From NCBI RefSeq assembly GCF_018350175.1, contig NC_058373.1, forward strand, positions 103,294,001 to 103,358,000: a stretch of 64,000 nucleotides of DNA, given 5' to 3'. Below, in pieces: positions 1 through 13,290 of this stretch. Position 1 is the first letter of the stretch, and each line of letters opens with the position of its first letter. This DNA is from Felis catus. Its lineage: Eukaryota. The notes beneath the pieces are model-generated. The model saw only the letters and a program-made list of their open reading frames with translations. It did not search any database and had not been told where the DNA came from. The translations under genes were made by a program, and so were the position numbers.

Positions 1-59
1 TAATAGAAATGACCAGGAGGATGGACCGCATAGAATAGACAGTAAAAGAAGTACTTTAT

Positions 60-830
60 CAGTGGCAGAGAGAAGTAGGGTTTGGACAAGAGAACCTGGG
101 CTCAAACTCTGTTCCCACTGCCGGTTAACCGGCAATTACAGTAAGTCTCTTAACACTTCAGAACTTCCAGTTCTTTATCCATTAAGACCTATGGGTCAGG
201 TCATGAAGGCCTTGTAAGGCTCTATTAAGGATATGGAAAGTTAGGTCAAGGGCAGGGAGATGCCACAGAAGTATTTTAACTGATTGGATTTCTGTTTTAG
301 GAAAGTCACTCTGGGTGCAGTATGGAGGGCAAGACTTGAGGTTGGGGTGCCTGTTGGAATAATCTAGTGGCAGGGTGGTGGGGCCTGGCAGTGCAGACGA
401 AGAGAAATTGACAGATTCCAGAGATGTATAAGAAGCGGCTTTGACCATCTCAGTAAATGTGATTGGATATGGGGGATGAGGTAGAGGGAAGAGACCGGGA
501 TGATGCTGAAGAGTGTGGATGAGCTTTTACTGATGTTGGCAAGAACGGTTTCATTGAAGTTATGGGGATGAATGCCACATTCTAGACAGGTGATGAGTGA
601 GAGGGGCGATCAAGTAGAGACTGTGCAAGAAGACAAGTCTTTAAAGGTGTTCAGCCTTCAAGGTGTTAGACAACATAGCATAATAAGTGGAGGGAGATGT
701 GGACTAAGAGGGGGTTTTAAGAGGAGTGAGTTCTAAGCATGTTTGAATGCTGGCCTGAGGAGGCAGTAAATATAGGAAAGAGCTACAGAAGAGGGATTAG
801 TGGATAATGAGAATTTGATATCCAGGAAGA
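60..830. mobile_element. Old MIR fragment followed by an L2-like fragment
   Basis: MIR-like 'acctgggctcaaactctgttcccact...aagtctcttaacacttc' and L2-like 'gaaagtcactctgggtgcagtatggagg...gattggatatggggg'. Boundaries approximate. Confidence 0.5.
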
Positions 831-1305
831 GGCGGTTCCTAGCACTCCAGCAGAAAGACTGGCCTTGGATGGACTCGCATCTCTGAGGCCTTGTGGTTGC
901 AGGGAAGATATCAAGTCCTAAAGTCTGGCTACTTGGATTTGAATCTTGCCTCTACCTGATGAGACCCAGTTTCCTTCTCTGCAAAATGGATCACTTAAGG
1001 CAATAAGACAGCTATTATTACTGTTATTAATAATTATCACTATTAATAATTTATGATTTTCTGTATTACCTCTGGTTTTAAATCAGTACATATTTTTTAA
1101 AAATAACAAGCAGAAACTAACAAGGCTTTTTTCAAAGTTGCTAAATTTAAATGTTCTTCAAATCGCCAATCCACATTGAGGCATGCCACGTGCGTTTTCA
1201 TTATTGACGTTTATGGTTGGGAACTGCTGTCTTACCACGTCCTATGGATGATCTGTCTTCACATGTGTAGTAGCATCATTTGTACCACGCAGCTATTCTG
1301 TGACA

Positions 1306-1504
1306 TTTTTTTTAAACGTTTATTTTGAGAGAGAGTGTGCACAAGAGCACGAGTTGGGGAGGGGCAGAGGGAGAGGGAGAATCCCAAGCAGGCTCCACAC
1401 CTAGCATAGTGCCCGACGCGGGGCTCAACCCCACAAGCGCGAGACCATGTCCTGAGCCGAAATCAAGAGTCAGACACCCAGCTGACTGAGCCACCCAGGT
1501 GCCC
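1306..1504 (-). mobile_element. CanSINE (SINEC)
   Basis: Reverse complement of tRNA-derived head GGGCACCTGGGTGGCTCAG, (CT)n tract and A tail. TSD about tattctgtga(c/a)a. Confidence 0.93.
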
Positions 1505-3263
1505 ATATTCTGTGAAAATCTTAAGATTCTAACCTTTTCCACTCACGAGATGGATTTGGAGTTATTTTCTTAAAGAACTATAAATTTCTTAACTTTTAAA
1601 ATCAACGTAAAACATTTATTTTATACCAACAGAAAAAATATAGCCAGCAGAGAGGGAGAACAAGATTGTAAGCAATGTCCCATCCAGTGGCACATTGTGC
1701 AGTCTCTTGTGTACGTGAGTCCAGGTGTCTCAGGGTCAAGTGAAGAAGAGTGGTAAATCTTTTCTCAGGGAGTTTAAAGGCTGTGGGAGAAGAGGTAGAC
1801 ATATTTTGTTTGTAGAGAACCTAGAGGCCTCTTGGGAGAGAAGGGACGGAGTCCATCTGACTCAGAGTCTATGTGACTCTGACACTCAGAGCCCTGGAAA
1901 TATGTCAGGGTGTGCTTGGGGAGTGACCAAGGCCCATAATCCTTGTGAGGAGGAAGAAATCTGGCCTGAGGGCAGGTCCACGTTCTCCTTTGGGGGTGTT
2001 AGCTGAGAGCAGGAAGTAGTACATTATTGAAGACACTGGGAACAAGTGAATGCCTATGTGCCAGATAGTGAGATCTTCAACTGCCTTCCCTCACTTGGCT
2101 CTCCGAACACTGGAAGCAGGATTGATCATATCAGCCAGGAGATTTAAGAATTCTTCTCTGAGGAGACCAACTAGACCAAGAGGAAAAGATTTAAAAAATA
2201 CTAGAGTTTTAGAATTCTGATCCTTCAGTGAAACATATGGGAACTCTTGATTACTCAGTCCTGCAAGTAAGAAATAACTAGAAGCTAAATATTTGCTAGC
2301 CAAAGGTTAAAGCAGCTTGCAATGATAGGAAGATAAAAGTGAAAGAAATCTCCCAGACGGTAGAACAGTGGAGAGGGGGGAGAATATTTGGGTATCCGTT
2401 CAAGAGTCTAACACCTAACTTACATGAGTTCCAGAAAAGGTAGTGGGGAGAAAGTTGCAAAGAAGTTAATTCAAAAAAATATGTATGCCTCCAGATTAAC
2501 AGGACCCAGCAAGTCCGGGCTTATCTTGTCCCTTCACCCGACACAGAGTCGCTAGGCACCTGCTCTAAGGCATGGACGGTCAAATGCACTAGAGGCATAG
2601 GAGTGGGGAGCGGTAGATAAACCTCTGTGCCATCGTGGAGTTTACATTCTACTGGCATTACATTAAAACTGAAGAATGATTCACATATGGTACTTTGCTA
2701 CTAATTTTCAGAACACCAGGGATGACGGGAAGATAGTAAAACTTTCCAGGAGGAGAAAATCAGACTATATTTAAAAGATCAGGACTCAAGTAGCATGGAA
2801 CTTCCAATACTAGTGATACCCTACTTATGAAGGGAGATGAGTTCCAGCCTGTAGTTCTCCATGCAGCCAGACTGTCAAGTGTGAGAGTAGAATGAAGATA
2901 TTTTTAGACAGACCAGGACTAAAAACTACCTGCTGGACTTGTGCTCCACAAAAATGAAGGAGTAAGGTTAAGAGGAAGGAAGACCTGTTCCAGAAAACGA
3001 CAGCTCCAACACGAGAAGAAAGCAAAGGGAATTCCTGGGCGGGTAAGGGGACACACAGTTGTGGAGTGGTCCTGGAGGTCAGCCTACCCAGGACAGTAGG
3101 AGCCTCTGAAGGAATGACTGTGTGTGAGGCTTGTGGAGGTGGGAGAGCCAGCGGTGGGTTTCTATAGAGAAGAGTTTTACCTTCATGTCAAAGGTTTGGG
3201 GATCAATCGATGATAGGAAAATAGAAAACAAAGCAAGTATAAACAAAGTTATATTAAAAAAAA

Positions 3264-3474
3264 TTGTTAACGTTTATTCATTTTTGAGAGAGAGAGAGAG
3301 AGAGCGAGCGAGCATGAGCGGGGGAGGGGCAGAGAGAGAGGGAGACACAGAATCTGAAGCAGGTTCCAGGCACTGTCAGCACAGCGCCTGATGTGGGGCT
3401 CGAACTCACTAACCGTGATATCATGACCTGAGCTGAAGTCAGATGCTCAGTCAACTGAGTCACCCAGGCGCCCC
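3264..3474 (-). mobile_element. CanSINE (inserted in the tail of the next SINE)
   Basis: Full head-(CT)n-tail in reverse orientation, ending ...cacccaggcgcccc. Confidence 0.93.
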
Positions 3475-3686
3475 AAATGTTTATTTTTGAGAGAGAGGGA
3501 GGGAGGGAGGGAAAGAAAGAGTGTGAGTGGGGGAGGGCAGAAAGAGAGGGAGACACAGAATCTGAAGCAGGCTCCAGGCTCTGAGCTGTCAGCACAGAGC
3601 CTGACGCGGGGCTTGAACTCGTGAACGTGAGATCACGACCTGAGCCAAAGTCGGCCGCTTAACCGACTGAGCCACCCAGGCGCCCC
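3475..3686 (-). mobile_element. CanSINE
   Basis: Second full copy. Outer TSD acaaagttata at ~3243 and ~3687 brackets both copies. Confidence 0.93.
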
Positions 3687-4402
3687 ACAAAGTTATAATT
3701 AATTACAGGAGAGACAGAGTTACTAAGAAAGGAAATGTACTCATGGGATACTGCAGACTCAGCTGTGACCATTATATGCATAGTCCTAACCATGAAAACA
3801 GTGAATATCAATTTAATAAAAAATTACTTTAACAAAATGACCTATTACAAGAATGGGAGGGGAGTCTACATGAGAAAGCCAAACGCTTACCTTGTAATAG
3901 AGGAAGTCAAAACTAACAACTGACCAATCAAGAAAGAAAAACTTAGAAGGTCATGTAATACTAAACCTGCCAAGGAATTCTGTGTACTTTCCATCCCAGT
4001 GTGACTTAGGACACAGGATGGAAAGTGGTCTCTAGACCCCTTGGCTGTTGACTTATCTAATCAGATTCCAGCTCTGAGGGAGGTAGGATGGCTTTATTGC
4101 AGCAAGGACCCTGAAGGAAGCTATCCAGGACTACTTAGGGCAAACTGTTTTAACCTACTCCTTCAAAGGCAGAGCCTTGGGTTATAAGAACTGCTTCAGT
4201 GCATTCATTTTACCTATTTGAGAGGGAGCATAGTGTGGGAAGAATGGAGGCTCTCTAGCTGGACTGCCTAGTCCCAAATTCTGGTTCTTTGTGACCTTGG
4301 GGAAGTGAGGTCATACCTCAGTTTACCCATCTATAAAAAAAAAAAAAGGAGGTGATAATACTACCTCCTTCTTAAGGTGGCTGTGAAGAGTAAATCAATT
4401 TT

Positions 4403-4609
4403 GGGTGCCTGGGTGGTTCAGTCAGTTAAGCGTCCGACTTCAGCTCAGGTCATGATTTCATGGTTCGTGAGTTCGAGCCCCACATCGGGCTCTGTGCTGA
4501 CAACTCGGAGCCTGGAGCCTGCTTCGGATTCTATGTCTCCCTCTCTTTCTGTTCCTTCGCCGCTTGCGCTTTGTCTCTGTCTCTATCAAAAATAAACATG
4601 AAAAAAAAA
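4403..4609 (+). mobile_element. CanSINE (adjacent to a MIR remnant at ~4225-4400)
   Basis: gggtgcctgggtggttcagtcagttaagcgtccgacttcagctcaggtcatg...aaataaacatgaaaaaaaaa. Confidence 0.93.
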
Positions 4610-4899
4610 TTTAATATATGTATATATGTATCTTTCAATTAGTACATAGCACGTAATCATGCAGTTGTAAATTACTTATTAACCTTTTCATTTTTCACGA
4701 TCACGGTTTTCAGTTCACAAAAATGGATCAGTAATTCGAAGCGAGGTATAAAAGGAGTGACAAAAATAGGAGTAAAATACTATGGCTCAAAATAACATCA
4801 TAAACATAGTGAACAGAAATCCAGTGTAATTATAGAATGTGAATCTTAATGTCCAGGGACCAGTGAACGTGCCAGGTTGGTAATTTCACTCAAGTAACA

Positions 4900-6340
4900 G
4901 AAAAAGAAAAATTTTAAATAGAAAGTACCACAGTGACTCTCTGAAAATTGGATTTTACTTGGTAGGTGATTTATCTGCCCATAGTCTCCGATGCTTTGTC
5001 TGTTACGCAACTTTGTCAAATAATGGCATGAAACCCTCAACACTTTTGAGCCATTTTCAGGCAAAGTACAGCGGACTCTCTAGCAAACCAGTCGAGTCTT
5101 CCCAGATCAAGGAGAAAGTAATGTTTTCCAGGGTGAAATTGGTGAATATTCGTCACTGAGGGCCCAGAATAGAACCTCAGAGGCACCAAGCTTGGATTCC
5201 TCACAGAAAAGGCAGATTTGCTGAGAAGTGTGCAGCAGCAGCAGCCGCAGAGCTGAGGAGAACATCCTCAGGGAGAAAGAGGAACACGCTTTTGGCAAAA
5301 TCCCTTCATCAAATGCTTCTGTTGCTTGTCACATAATGTCAGTGGTATGCAGTGTGGGGGAGGAGTCACATGTGCGAAAGAATATTTTCCCTTGTAAGTT
5401 TGTCGAAATCACTGACGTGCAGGGGATGAGTCAGCCTTTAGCATATGTCTGATAGCGCAGATCAGGGAGAAGTATTCAGTGACTTTTCATTGAAAACTTT
5501 TGCTTCAGAAAGGGAGGTTGGTTTCTGTGGGTTTTTTTGTTTTGTTTTTGGTGTATTTTGTGAGCTCTGATGTGGATCGAAAGGTTCCTTGACATGCCTA
5601 CTGACAAAGCAGTGGCTGAGCAGGCAGCCAGGAAGATGTCGCTCTACAAATGTTTATCCACATGCTACTTTTCCCCCCGAGATGGTGAAAGCTCTGCCAC
5701 TGAATGTATATTTCCTACAGGGCAGTATGAGGAAATATTCAGCAAGTGAAAAATCCCAGCTTTTCTATGTTGAACTGCCATTGAGATCTTTCTGAAATAA
5801 GATATGAACTATTTCTTCATGGCCGCGATGTGAGTAAAACCATTTCTATGATCTCACTCGGCTTGGGTATTTTTCTCTCTTCTCATTTAATCTATCTCTT
5901 TCTGGTCAGTGACAGAAAGAAGATAATGAGAAATTTTGAAAACTAGATGCTGCTGCTGATGACTTCATAAGAATTTGACTCTTTACTAGAATATGCTGAC
6001 TTTCATCAAGAAAGCAATGATACGTTGTGCATATGTAAAAATCTGCAGCAAGTTGAAACATTCCATCTCCCAGCTTTTAGGGATGACTTAGGTTCTAATA
6101 GGTGCCAAGAGAAACCTTTGATAAGAAGTTTCTCTGTAATGTTGGGATTCATCCTTAATGCAAATACCTAAACTGCCTAGTGGAACAAGGCATTGTAGCA
6201 TTTTCTGCTGTCCGTACAGCACAATGAGTTAGGATTTTTGAATGGATTTAGACTAGAATATATTAATCATAGATTTGTATCCAGACTATTGCTCAAATTA
6301 AATAGGTCATTGAAGCCAGATGTAAGAATGTGCTGATATA
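4900..6340 (+). mobile_element. Degenerate hAT-Charlie-type transposase fossil
   Basis: Translated fragments CFVCYATLSNNGMKPSTLLSHFQAKY (BED-finger-like CxxC...MKPS.L..H), IPSSNASVACHI (cf. IPLSNDTISRRI) and FPCKFVEITDVQGMSQPLAYV (cf. FALQLDESTDV...QLLAFV) occur in the expected order, with stops and frameshifts. Confidence 0.75.
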
Positions 6341-6345
6341 GAATA

Positions 6346-6402
6346 CTTAGTAGTTTTAAATCTAGTTTAAAATCTTAGTAGTTTTAAATCTAAGTTTAAA
6401 AT
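6346..6402 (+). repeat. 28/29-nt direct tandem duplication
   Basis: cttagtagttttaaatcta(a)gtttaaaat x2. Confidence 0.9.
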
Positions 6403-7809
6403 GAATATCATTTTATTGATATTCAAAAATATGAATATATGAATTTTTTATTAGAGTTAATTATCTGCATGTGTACCATATGCCCATTGAGTGAACTCAT
6501 AGTTGGAAAAATTTGAGATGTACTGCCTTGGAGGTTGGAGAGCTATTCTGGCCTGATGTTCAATCTAGATGATTTGAACTGCACAGGCACACTTTCTTCC
6601 CTTGGAAACTATTTCTTCATCTGTAACAATGAGAATAGTTAGGGAGTTTCACTGGTTAAAAATGTCAATACTTAACTGATAAACTTCTTGAACTGGCTAG
6701 ATCCTTTGGATGTCATAGAGCCTCTAAATCTTAAAGGCATAGACTTTACAAATATCTAGTCCATTCTTCCTCAGTAGATCTAAATCTGCCCCGCAAGACC
6801 TGTGGCATTCCGTCTGAATTTCCCTAGTGGAGTGAGCAGAGGACATGAAACTTGCTGTAACTAAGAGAGGACTGGGCAACTCAGTTCGGTTTTCCACAGT
6901 TGTAACTCTTAGACGGTTTATATATATGTACCCAAATCCGACTCCTCTCCCCTGTAACTTGTATGTAGTGCTTTTGGCTCTGTCTGTCAAAGGGAAACAG
7001 AAGAAAATCTAATTTTTCTCGTAAATCAGTAGCCCTTTAATTATTTAAAGTCCGCCACTGATCCTTGACTAAGACATGACCTGTAGGGCGGGGTGCTCCA
7101 GTTCTTCTAACTCTTCTTCACGCCTGTTTTCCATCTCCTTGTCTGTTTTAGCCCTCCTGTGTCTCTGCATTCGACTGCTCCTCAGGACAGTTGGGATCTC
7201 CCTGTATTGATGAGAATGATTTCTTGTTTGTTACGTAGCAAGCAGCATTTACTGAGGCAGGTCGACTGTGTGTCAGGAAGCGCGGGCTTGGCACAGTCCT
7301 GTGTTATCAAACCCATATGACTTTGCACTTAGGCTTGAGTATCACCAGGACTCTGATAAGGAAACTGAGACTCTGATGTTAAGTAAATTGCTCCAGGTAA
7401 CTTACCCAGGAAGTAGCAGAGTGGTGTCTCCTATTCCCTTTTGTTATTTCATTGCACCATTGACTTCTGTTGCACACCCTTTCTTACACGGCCTGAGCCA
7501 TGTTTTCTTTTTTGAATAAAAAAGTATCCCATGCTTTCTAAGTACTTTTCTTCGTCTGTCCTATACAGTTTAAAACTCTTCCCCACCCCAGTAACTCTGC
7601 TGGTAGTGTGAAATGTGACTGCCTTTTCATATTCTTGCTCAACCACTTAACTTCTGTACCTACCTAAAATGGAGATACTGAATATGTACCTGTTTCACTC
7701 TAAAGACTGAACTAGTTAATATACATGAAGGATGTATAGAATAGTTTCTCGTATGTAGAGCTGAAATGTTGCTCTTATGTATTTAAGCACACAAACACAT
7801 GCACATTCA

Positions 7810-9135
7810 TATGTATATGAAAATAAGTACATACATAGTCAACTAATATTGAACAAGGAAGCCGAGAATTCTTCATGGGGAAAGCATAGTCGTCTTTTCA
7901 GTAACTGGTGTTGGAGACCTGGATCTTGATGCAAATGAAGGAAATTGGACCTCTGTCATTTCCACTCACAATAAAAATTACCTCAAAATGAATTAAAGAC
8001 TTAAGACCTGAAACTGTACAACTCGTAGAAGGAAACATAGGGAAAAATCCCCTTGACCTTGGTCTTGGCAAGAATTTTTTGGAAGTGACCCCCAAAAGCA
8101 CCAAGCCACAAAAGCAAACTGGTAAGACTACATCAAAGTGGAAAAACTTCTGCACAGCAAGAGAAATAATCAACAAAATGAGGAGGCAAGTATGGAATAG
8201 GAGGAAAATATTCGTAGGCCATATATCAAAGGGTTAATCTCCAAAATATGTGGAACTCCTACAAGTCAAAAGCAAAAAGACTAATAATCCAATTTAAAAA
8301 TAGGCAGAGGACCTGAATAGGCATTTTTCCAAAGAAGACATACAGACGGCCAACAGGCACATGAAAAGGTGCTCAGCATCACTAATCATCACAGAAATGC
8401 AAATCAAAACCACAGAAATAGCACCTGATGTGTAAGAATACCTATAATCAAAAAGACAGGAGATAACAAGGGTTGGCAAGGATGTTGAGATAAAGGAACC
8501 TTTGCCAATTGTTGGTAAATTAGCAGAGCCAATCATTGAAAACAGTATGGAGATTCCTCAGAAATCAGGACTACCATGTGATCTATCAATCCCATTTTTT
8601 GACTAGATCTCTGAAGCTGCAGCATTATTTACAATAGTCAAGACATGGAAACAACCTGTCCATCAACAGATGAATGGATAAAGATGATGTGATATATACA
8701 TACACACAATGGAATAATAATCATCCATTAAAAAGGAAATTCTGCAGCACAAGACAAGATGGATGGACCTTGAGGGTATTATGTTAAGTGAAATACCACT
8801 TAAAAAAAACCACCAAACTCATACGAACAGAATGGTGGTTTTAGGGAGGGGTAGGTGGGTGGAAGATGTTGGTCAAAGGGTGCAAACTTCTAGTTAAAGG
8901 ATAAATTCTAAGGATCTAATGTACATCATGGTAATAACTATAATTCACAATATATACTTGAAAGTTGGTAAGAAAGTACATCTTAAATGTTCATAACATT
9001 TAAGTTACGTGAGGTTATATGTTAACCTTATGGTACTCGATTCATAATATGCATGTATCAAATCAACACATTATACTCCTTAAACTTATACAACATTATA
9101 TGTCAATTATATCTTAACACAGAGGGGAAAAATAG
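7810..9135 (+). mobile_element. L1 3' portion (ORF2 C-terminal region plus 3' UTR), older L1MA/MB-like
   Basis: Typical L1 motifs: aaaaacttctgcacagcaagagaa, catttttccaaagaagacatacag, atggatggaccttgagggtattatg, ttatatgtcaattatatct. Confidence 0.88.
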
Positions 9136-9318
9136 ATCTTTCTCACACCAGACTAAGAAAATTTTTTCTATTAAAAAAAAAAGTTTAGTAATAGTTTAGA
9201 GACAGATGGGAGAAAATCAGTATGCTGAAAAATAGGACAGAATAAAATATCCAGAATAAAAGACAATAATAGAGTGATTTTTTTTTAAAGTTTCATCAGT
9301 CCAAAATGAAGCTTAAAA

Positions 9319-9561
9319 TGGGTGAAGGGGAGTGAGAGATCCAGGCTTCTAGTTGTGGAGTGAATAAATCACAGGAATAAAAGGCACAGCATAAGAAATA
9401 CAGCCAATGATATTGTAGTAGGGTTGTTTGGTGACAGATGGTAGTTATGCTTGTGAGCATAGCATAATGCATAAACTTGTGCCATGCAGTGATCCAACAC
9501 CTGAAACTAATGTAACATTGTGTGTCAACCATGTTCAAATTTTAAAAGTTAAAAAAAAAAA
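9319..9561 (+). mobile_element. 5'-truncated carnivore-type L1 3' UTR
   Basis: cacctgaaactaatgtaacattgtgtgtcaac plus A tail. Perfect 16-nt TSD aaaatgaagcttaaaa. Confidence 0.9.
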
Positions 9562-12500
9562 AAAATGAAGCTTAAAAAAAAAGTTACTTGAAACAGGAGT
9601 ATACCATAGGTAGGACAAATAGAAAGCAAGGAGTTCTTAGATGGTAAATAAGACACAACTATATATAAATACCTATGATGAATTAAAGGTCAGTGGCCTA
9701 GACATTCTGAATTTGAAAAAAAATGTGCATATATATGGAATTCTTTTAAAAAGGGGGGACAGTCTATATATAATATCCTCTACCTACTTTGATCACCTAA
9801 AATTTATCATAGCTATTCTTCCATATCATATTTCAGTCCACTATAGTTTTTTTTTTTTTTTAGTAGCTGCAAAGTATACTATAACCAGTTAATTCATTTA
9901 ACTATTCCCTTGTTAATGGATGTTTAGATGGTCTTTGTGCTATTACAAATGGAGGTATAAAGAGCAGTCTTGTACATATATATTTATGAGACGTGATTAT
10001 CTGAACTTACACATAGAAATTTACCTTTTTTATCTCCTTAGATTTGGCCTGTTTTTATAATGGGTTGTCATTGTATAGAGTTTGACCCTCTTATCTGGTA
10101 GGTTCACTGTCTTTGGTTTTACATCATTTTTTGCAATCAACCTATTCTCCTTGACATCTTGAAAATCAGTGGGTTAAAAAAAGGTTGAATTTTAGGACCT
10201 AATTCTGTGATTGCCACCAGAGAGATCCTGTTAGACTGCAAGTGATATTTTAAGTATGGTCATTCATCCAAATATAAGTCTACTTAATTATCTGCTAACT
10301 GTATTTCTCCACTGTAGGTACAAAAGCATCACAAAAGACCTTGTCAGGTACCTCCATGGAATCTTGTTAAGAAAGTAGTCATTTGGCGAGTAGTCTTTGC
10401 TACCCAGTCTGGAAGGATGATACTTTATATTTGGGAAAACTTGAACTATAAACAACAGATGTCTGTAGTTTGGGAAATGTCTACAAATGCCCGGTTGTAT
10501 TGCACACACACACACACACAGACACACACAGTACGTGTGCTATTTTGATTCCCTTAGGCTGGCTGCCACATAACTGGCATTGGTGTTGATGCTCCATTGG
10601 GAACTTGTTTAGCAAGATAAAATTTAATATAATTGGTTAAAATACATTTTCAGAATATTGGATTGACTTAAGCCATTAAAAGTGGCTGCATGAATATGAA
10701 ACAGACTGCAAAAATAATTTTCAGCATCTATGGTAACTATTCTGCAGTGAACATGGCATATGAGCCAATTAAATATGTGGCTTCAGTGAACATAGTAAAC
10801 AGTGAGAACATTAACTTGTGTGCACATTTTCATTTTATTCACCCTTTAAAAAATGTAGAGACTAGAACAACCACGTACATCACCTCATTCAAGCCTTTCA
10901 AGAACTCTGATGTGACAGAATGCAGATCATCATTCTAATTTTTTTAGTTGAAGGAATTGAAGCACAGAGAAATATCCAGAACAAGGAGTGATTCTTTCTG
11001 ATTATCAGGCAAGTCCTGGAAACCTTTGCAGGAGAAGTGGCCTTTAACCAGGGCTTGACATCTTGTTCTGGAGGTGAATGTGAAAGGCGGCATCCAGGCA
11101 AAGCAGTGAGCCAAGGCGGACAGGCATGGAAGAACCAGGAGGCCATGGAAAGTAGAGGGAAGGGCCTGTGTCTGGCACGTAATGGGAGATTGGACCAAAA
11201 GGGTAACTTGAGACTAAATCCAAGAGGGTCTTGAATGCCAAGCTCAGGAATGGGGGCTCGACTCTGTACCAGTGGAGGAAGGGGGTGACTCTCATCAGAA
11301 TAGGAACAGAATAGAGACCTAAGCAGTGTGGGGAAGGGGGTTGTGGCCACTACCTATTCCAAGTTTAAGTACCCAGAGTGAAGGGCAGTCCTGCCAGCTA
11401 TCTGTGCTTGCCATCCTGCTTTGTAAGAGGGTTGTCCTCTGAGTGAATGCCTCATAAGCATGGTGAATGCCAGTTCAGAAATAAAATGCACAGTCTTCTC
11501 TGCCAGTTGTTGCCTTGACTTCTGTATTCATGCTTCTGTTGATTGGGCTTGTCACACAAAGGTTGGAGTTCTTTTGTCAGTTCATCCCCATGGTAGTTCT
11601 ATAACTTGGCTATGGGAGATGGATTATTTGGTGCTCAGAAATGTTTATTGGTTTCAAAGGATTGATACAGGTATCTTTCACTTTCTAGAAATTCACATAT
11701 AAGAATTCTAGGCTTAAGGGATTAATTAATGTCTGTTAAAATTCAAACAATGCTGAGCGTTTACTCTGTGCCAGGCACTTGTGGGAAAAGGGTTTAAAAA
11801 AAAAAGGAGGGGGGAGCAAACTCCCCTGAGCAGTTAATTGTTCCTATCCTTTTTGGTAACACTTAATTACGTTACACATTGGTCTGTTGGCCCTGATCAC
11901 AGTGTTTGGTTATTCCTATTTACAAGTCTTCCTCACTGTGAATGCCTTCCCTGTCCCCAAGATATCTTTTTTCCTCTGTTCTGTCTAAATCCTGCTACTT
12001 CAGTGTCCTGTTCAAGGACTACTTCCTCCCAGAATCCTTATCCAACTCCTCCAAGCCACAGTCAGTTTAATTCCATGAATCCCTCTGGAGTGATCCATTA
12101 GGTTCAAGGTCCAGTGTGAGTAACTTAGGGCAAGAACTGTGCCTAACTCAGTCTTTATAACCTCAGTACTGAGCTTGGCGGTAGATACATTGCTGGGGCT
12201 CCAAGTGGGTCTTAGAAGGAAGTAAGGCACTTGTGTTCCCTTAAGGCGACAATATGTAAACACACACCAAAGACTTAACCAGCATTTTGGGTAGCATACG
12301 TACCTGTGTGTTGAGTTCTGCAGGAATTCAGAGAAGGGTAGAGACTGGAAACAGCAGGGAGTAGGTCCCGTACTGCTCTGTTCCCTTGGAATGTATGCAT
12401 TGACTGAGTCAGAGGTTACTGAGTGCCTGCTGTGGTAAGCAGCTATTCTGGGCCCTGTGGATAAATGAATCTTGATGTCATTTAAATGTTTTTGAGGTGG

Positions 12501-12859
12501 AGAAAGCAGTTCTGGGAGTTTGTTTGATTTCTGTCAACACAGTGGATTAAGAGGGGTGTTTCATATAGAGAGGGAGGTAGATATTGTCTGATTTTTTTTT
12601 TTTTTTCCCAAGAGATGGAAGTTCCCTTCACATGTAGGTTTTGGAAAATCTTGTCTTCCTGTCTGAGGATGCTCTAAGCAGGGGTACATCCTATCCCTCC
12701 TGTAATACCTTGTGCTCTGCCCACACTTGGCCTCTGGCTTATTTCCGGTATCAACCAGCATTGGTGGGGCTTGCGGGGCACTGTTCTGATGCACCAGGAG
12801 GCCTGACTGGGAGCCTTGGCCATCCAGGAAACATTTCCACTTGCTGAGGGTTGTCAGAC

Positions 12860-13290
12860 TTTAGCCAGAAGGTATGGATTGTTTATTAAATAAGGTTCTC
12901 TAGGAGCAAAGCCTGTGTTAAGTGCTTTATTGAGGAATTACCGTTAGGAGAGACCAGTAAAGAAGCATGGAGAGCTGGAGAGAGCCAGAGAAGAAGCTGA
13001 GAAAATGTGCTAGCTGAAGTCTGGCCTCTGCCTGCTCCCCCAAGAGCTCTGACGCATGGGACCACACAGTTGCCCCACTTGAGGCCAGGGCTTGTCCTTG
13101 TTAGTGAGGTATGGGCAGCAGGATGCCCTTGGGGGAAATGCATTCTCTCCCACGCATTTCTGCACTAAGCTGTCCAAGGGACCTTCCCTAGAAAAGGGTT
13201 TCGTTGTGAACCCTCAGTAGCCAACATTCACTTCCCACTTTCTACCTGATTGGGGTGATGATTTGCACCGGGCCCTGTGCAGAGTCACCA
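12860..13290. mobile_element. Old LTR-like remnant (MaLR/ERVL type)
   Basis: 'ggttctctaggagcaaagcctg...tttattgaggaa...agctgaagtctggcct' resembles MLT/LTR-class LTRs. Family not resolved. Confidence 0.4.

Larger units (their letters stand above)
2200..3950 (+). mobile_element. HAL1-like / old L1 ORF1-region remnant interrupted by two SINEs
   Basis: Purine-rich, with segments such as 'gtgctccacaaaaatgaaggagtaag...ccaacacgagaagaaagcaaaggga' that resemble the HAL1 consensus as I recall it. Confidence 0.55.

Noticed and set aside
4403..4480. tRNA-like A/B-box sequences in SINE heads
   Set aside because: tRNA-derived SINE heads followed by (CT)n and an A tail; not tRNA genes.
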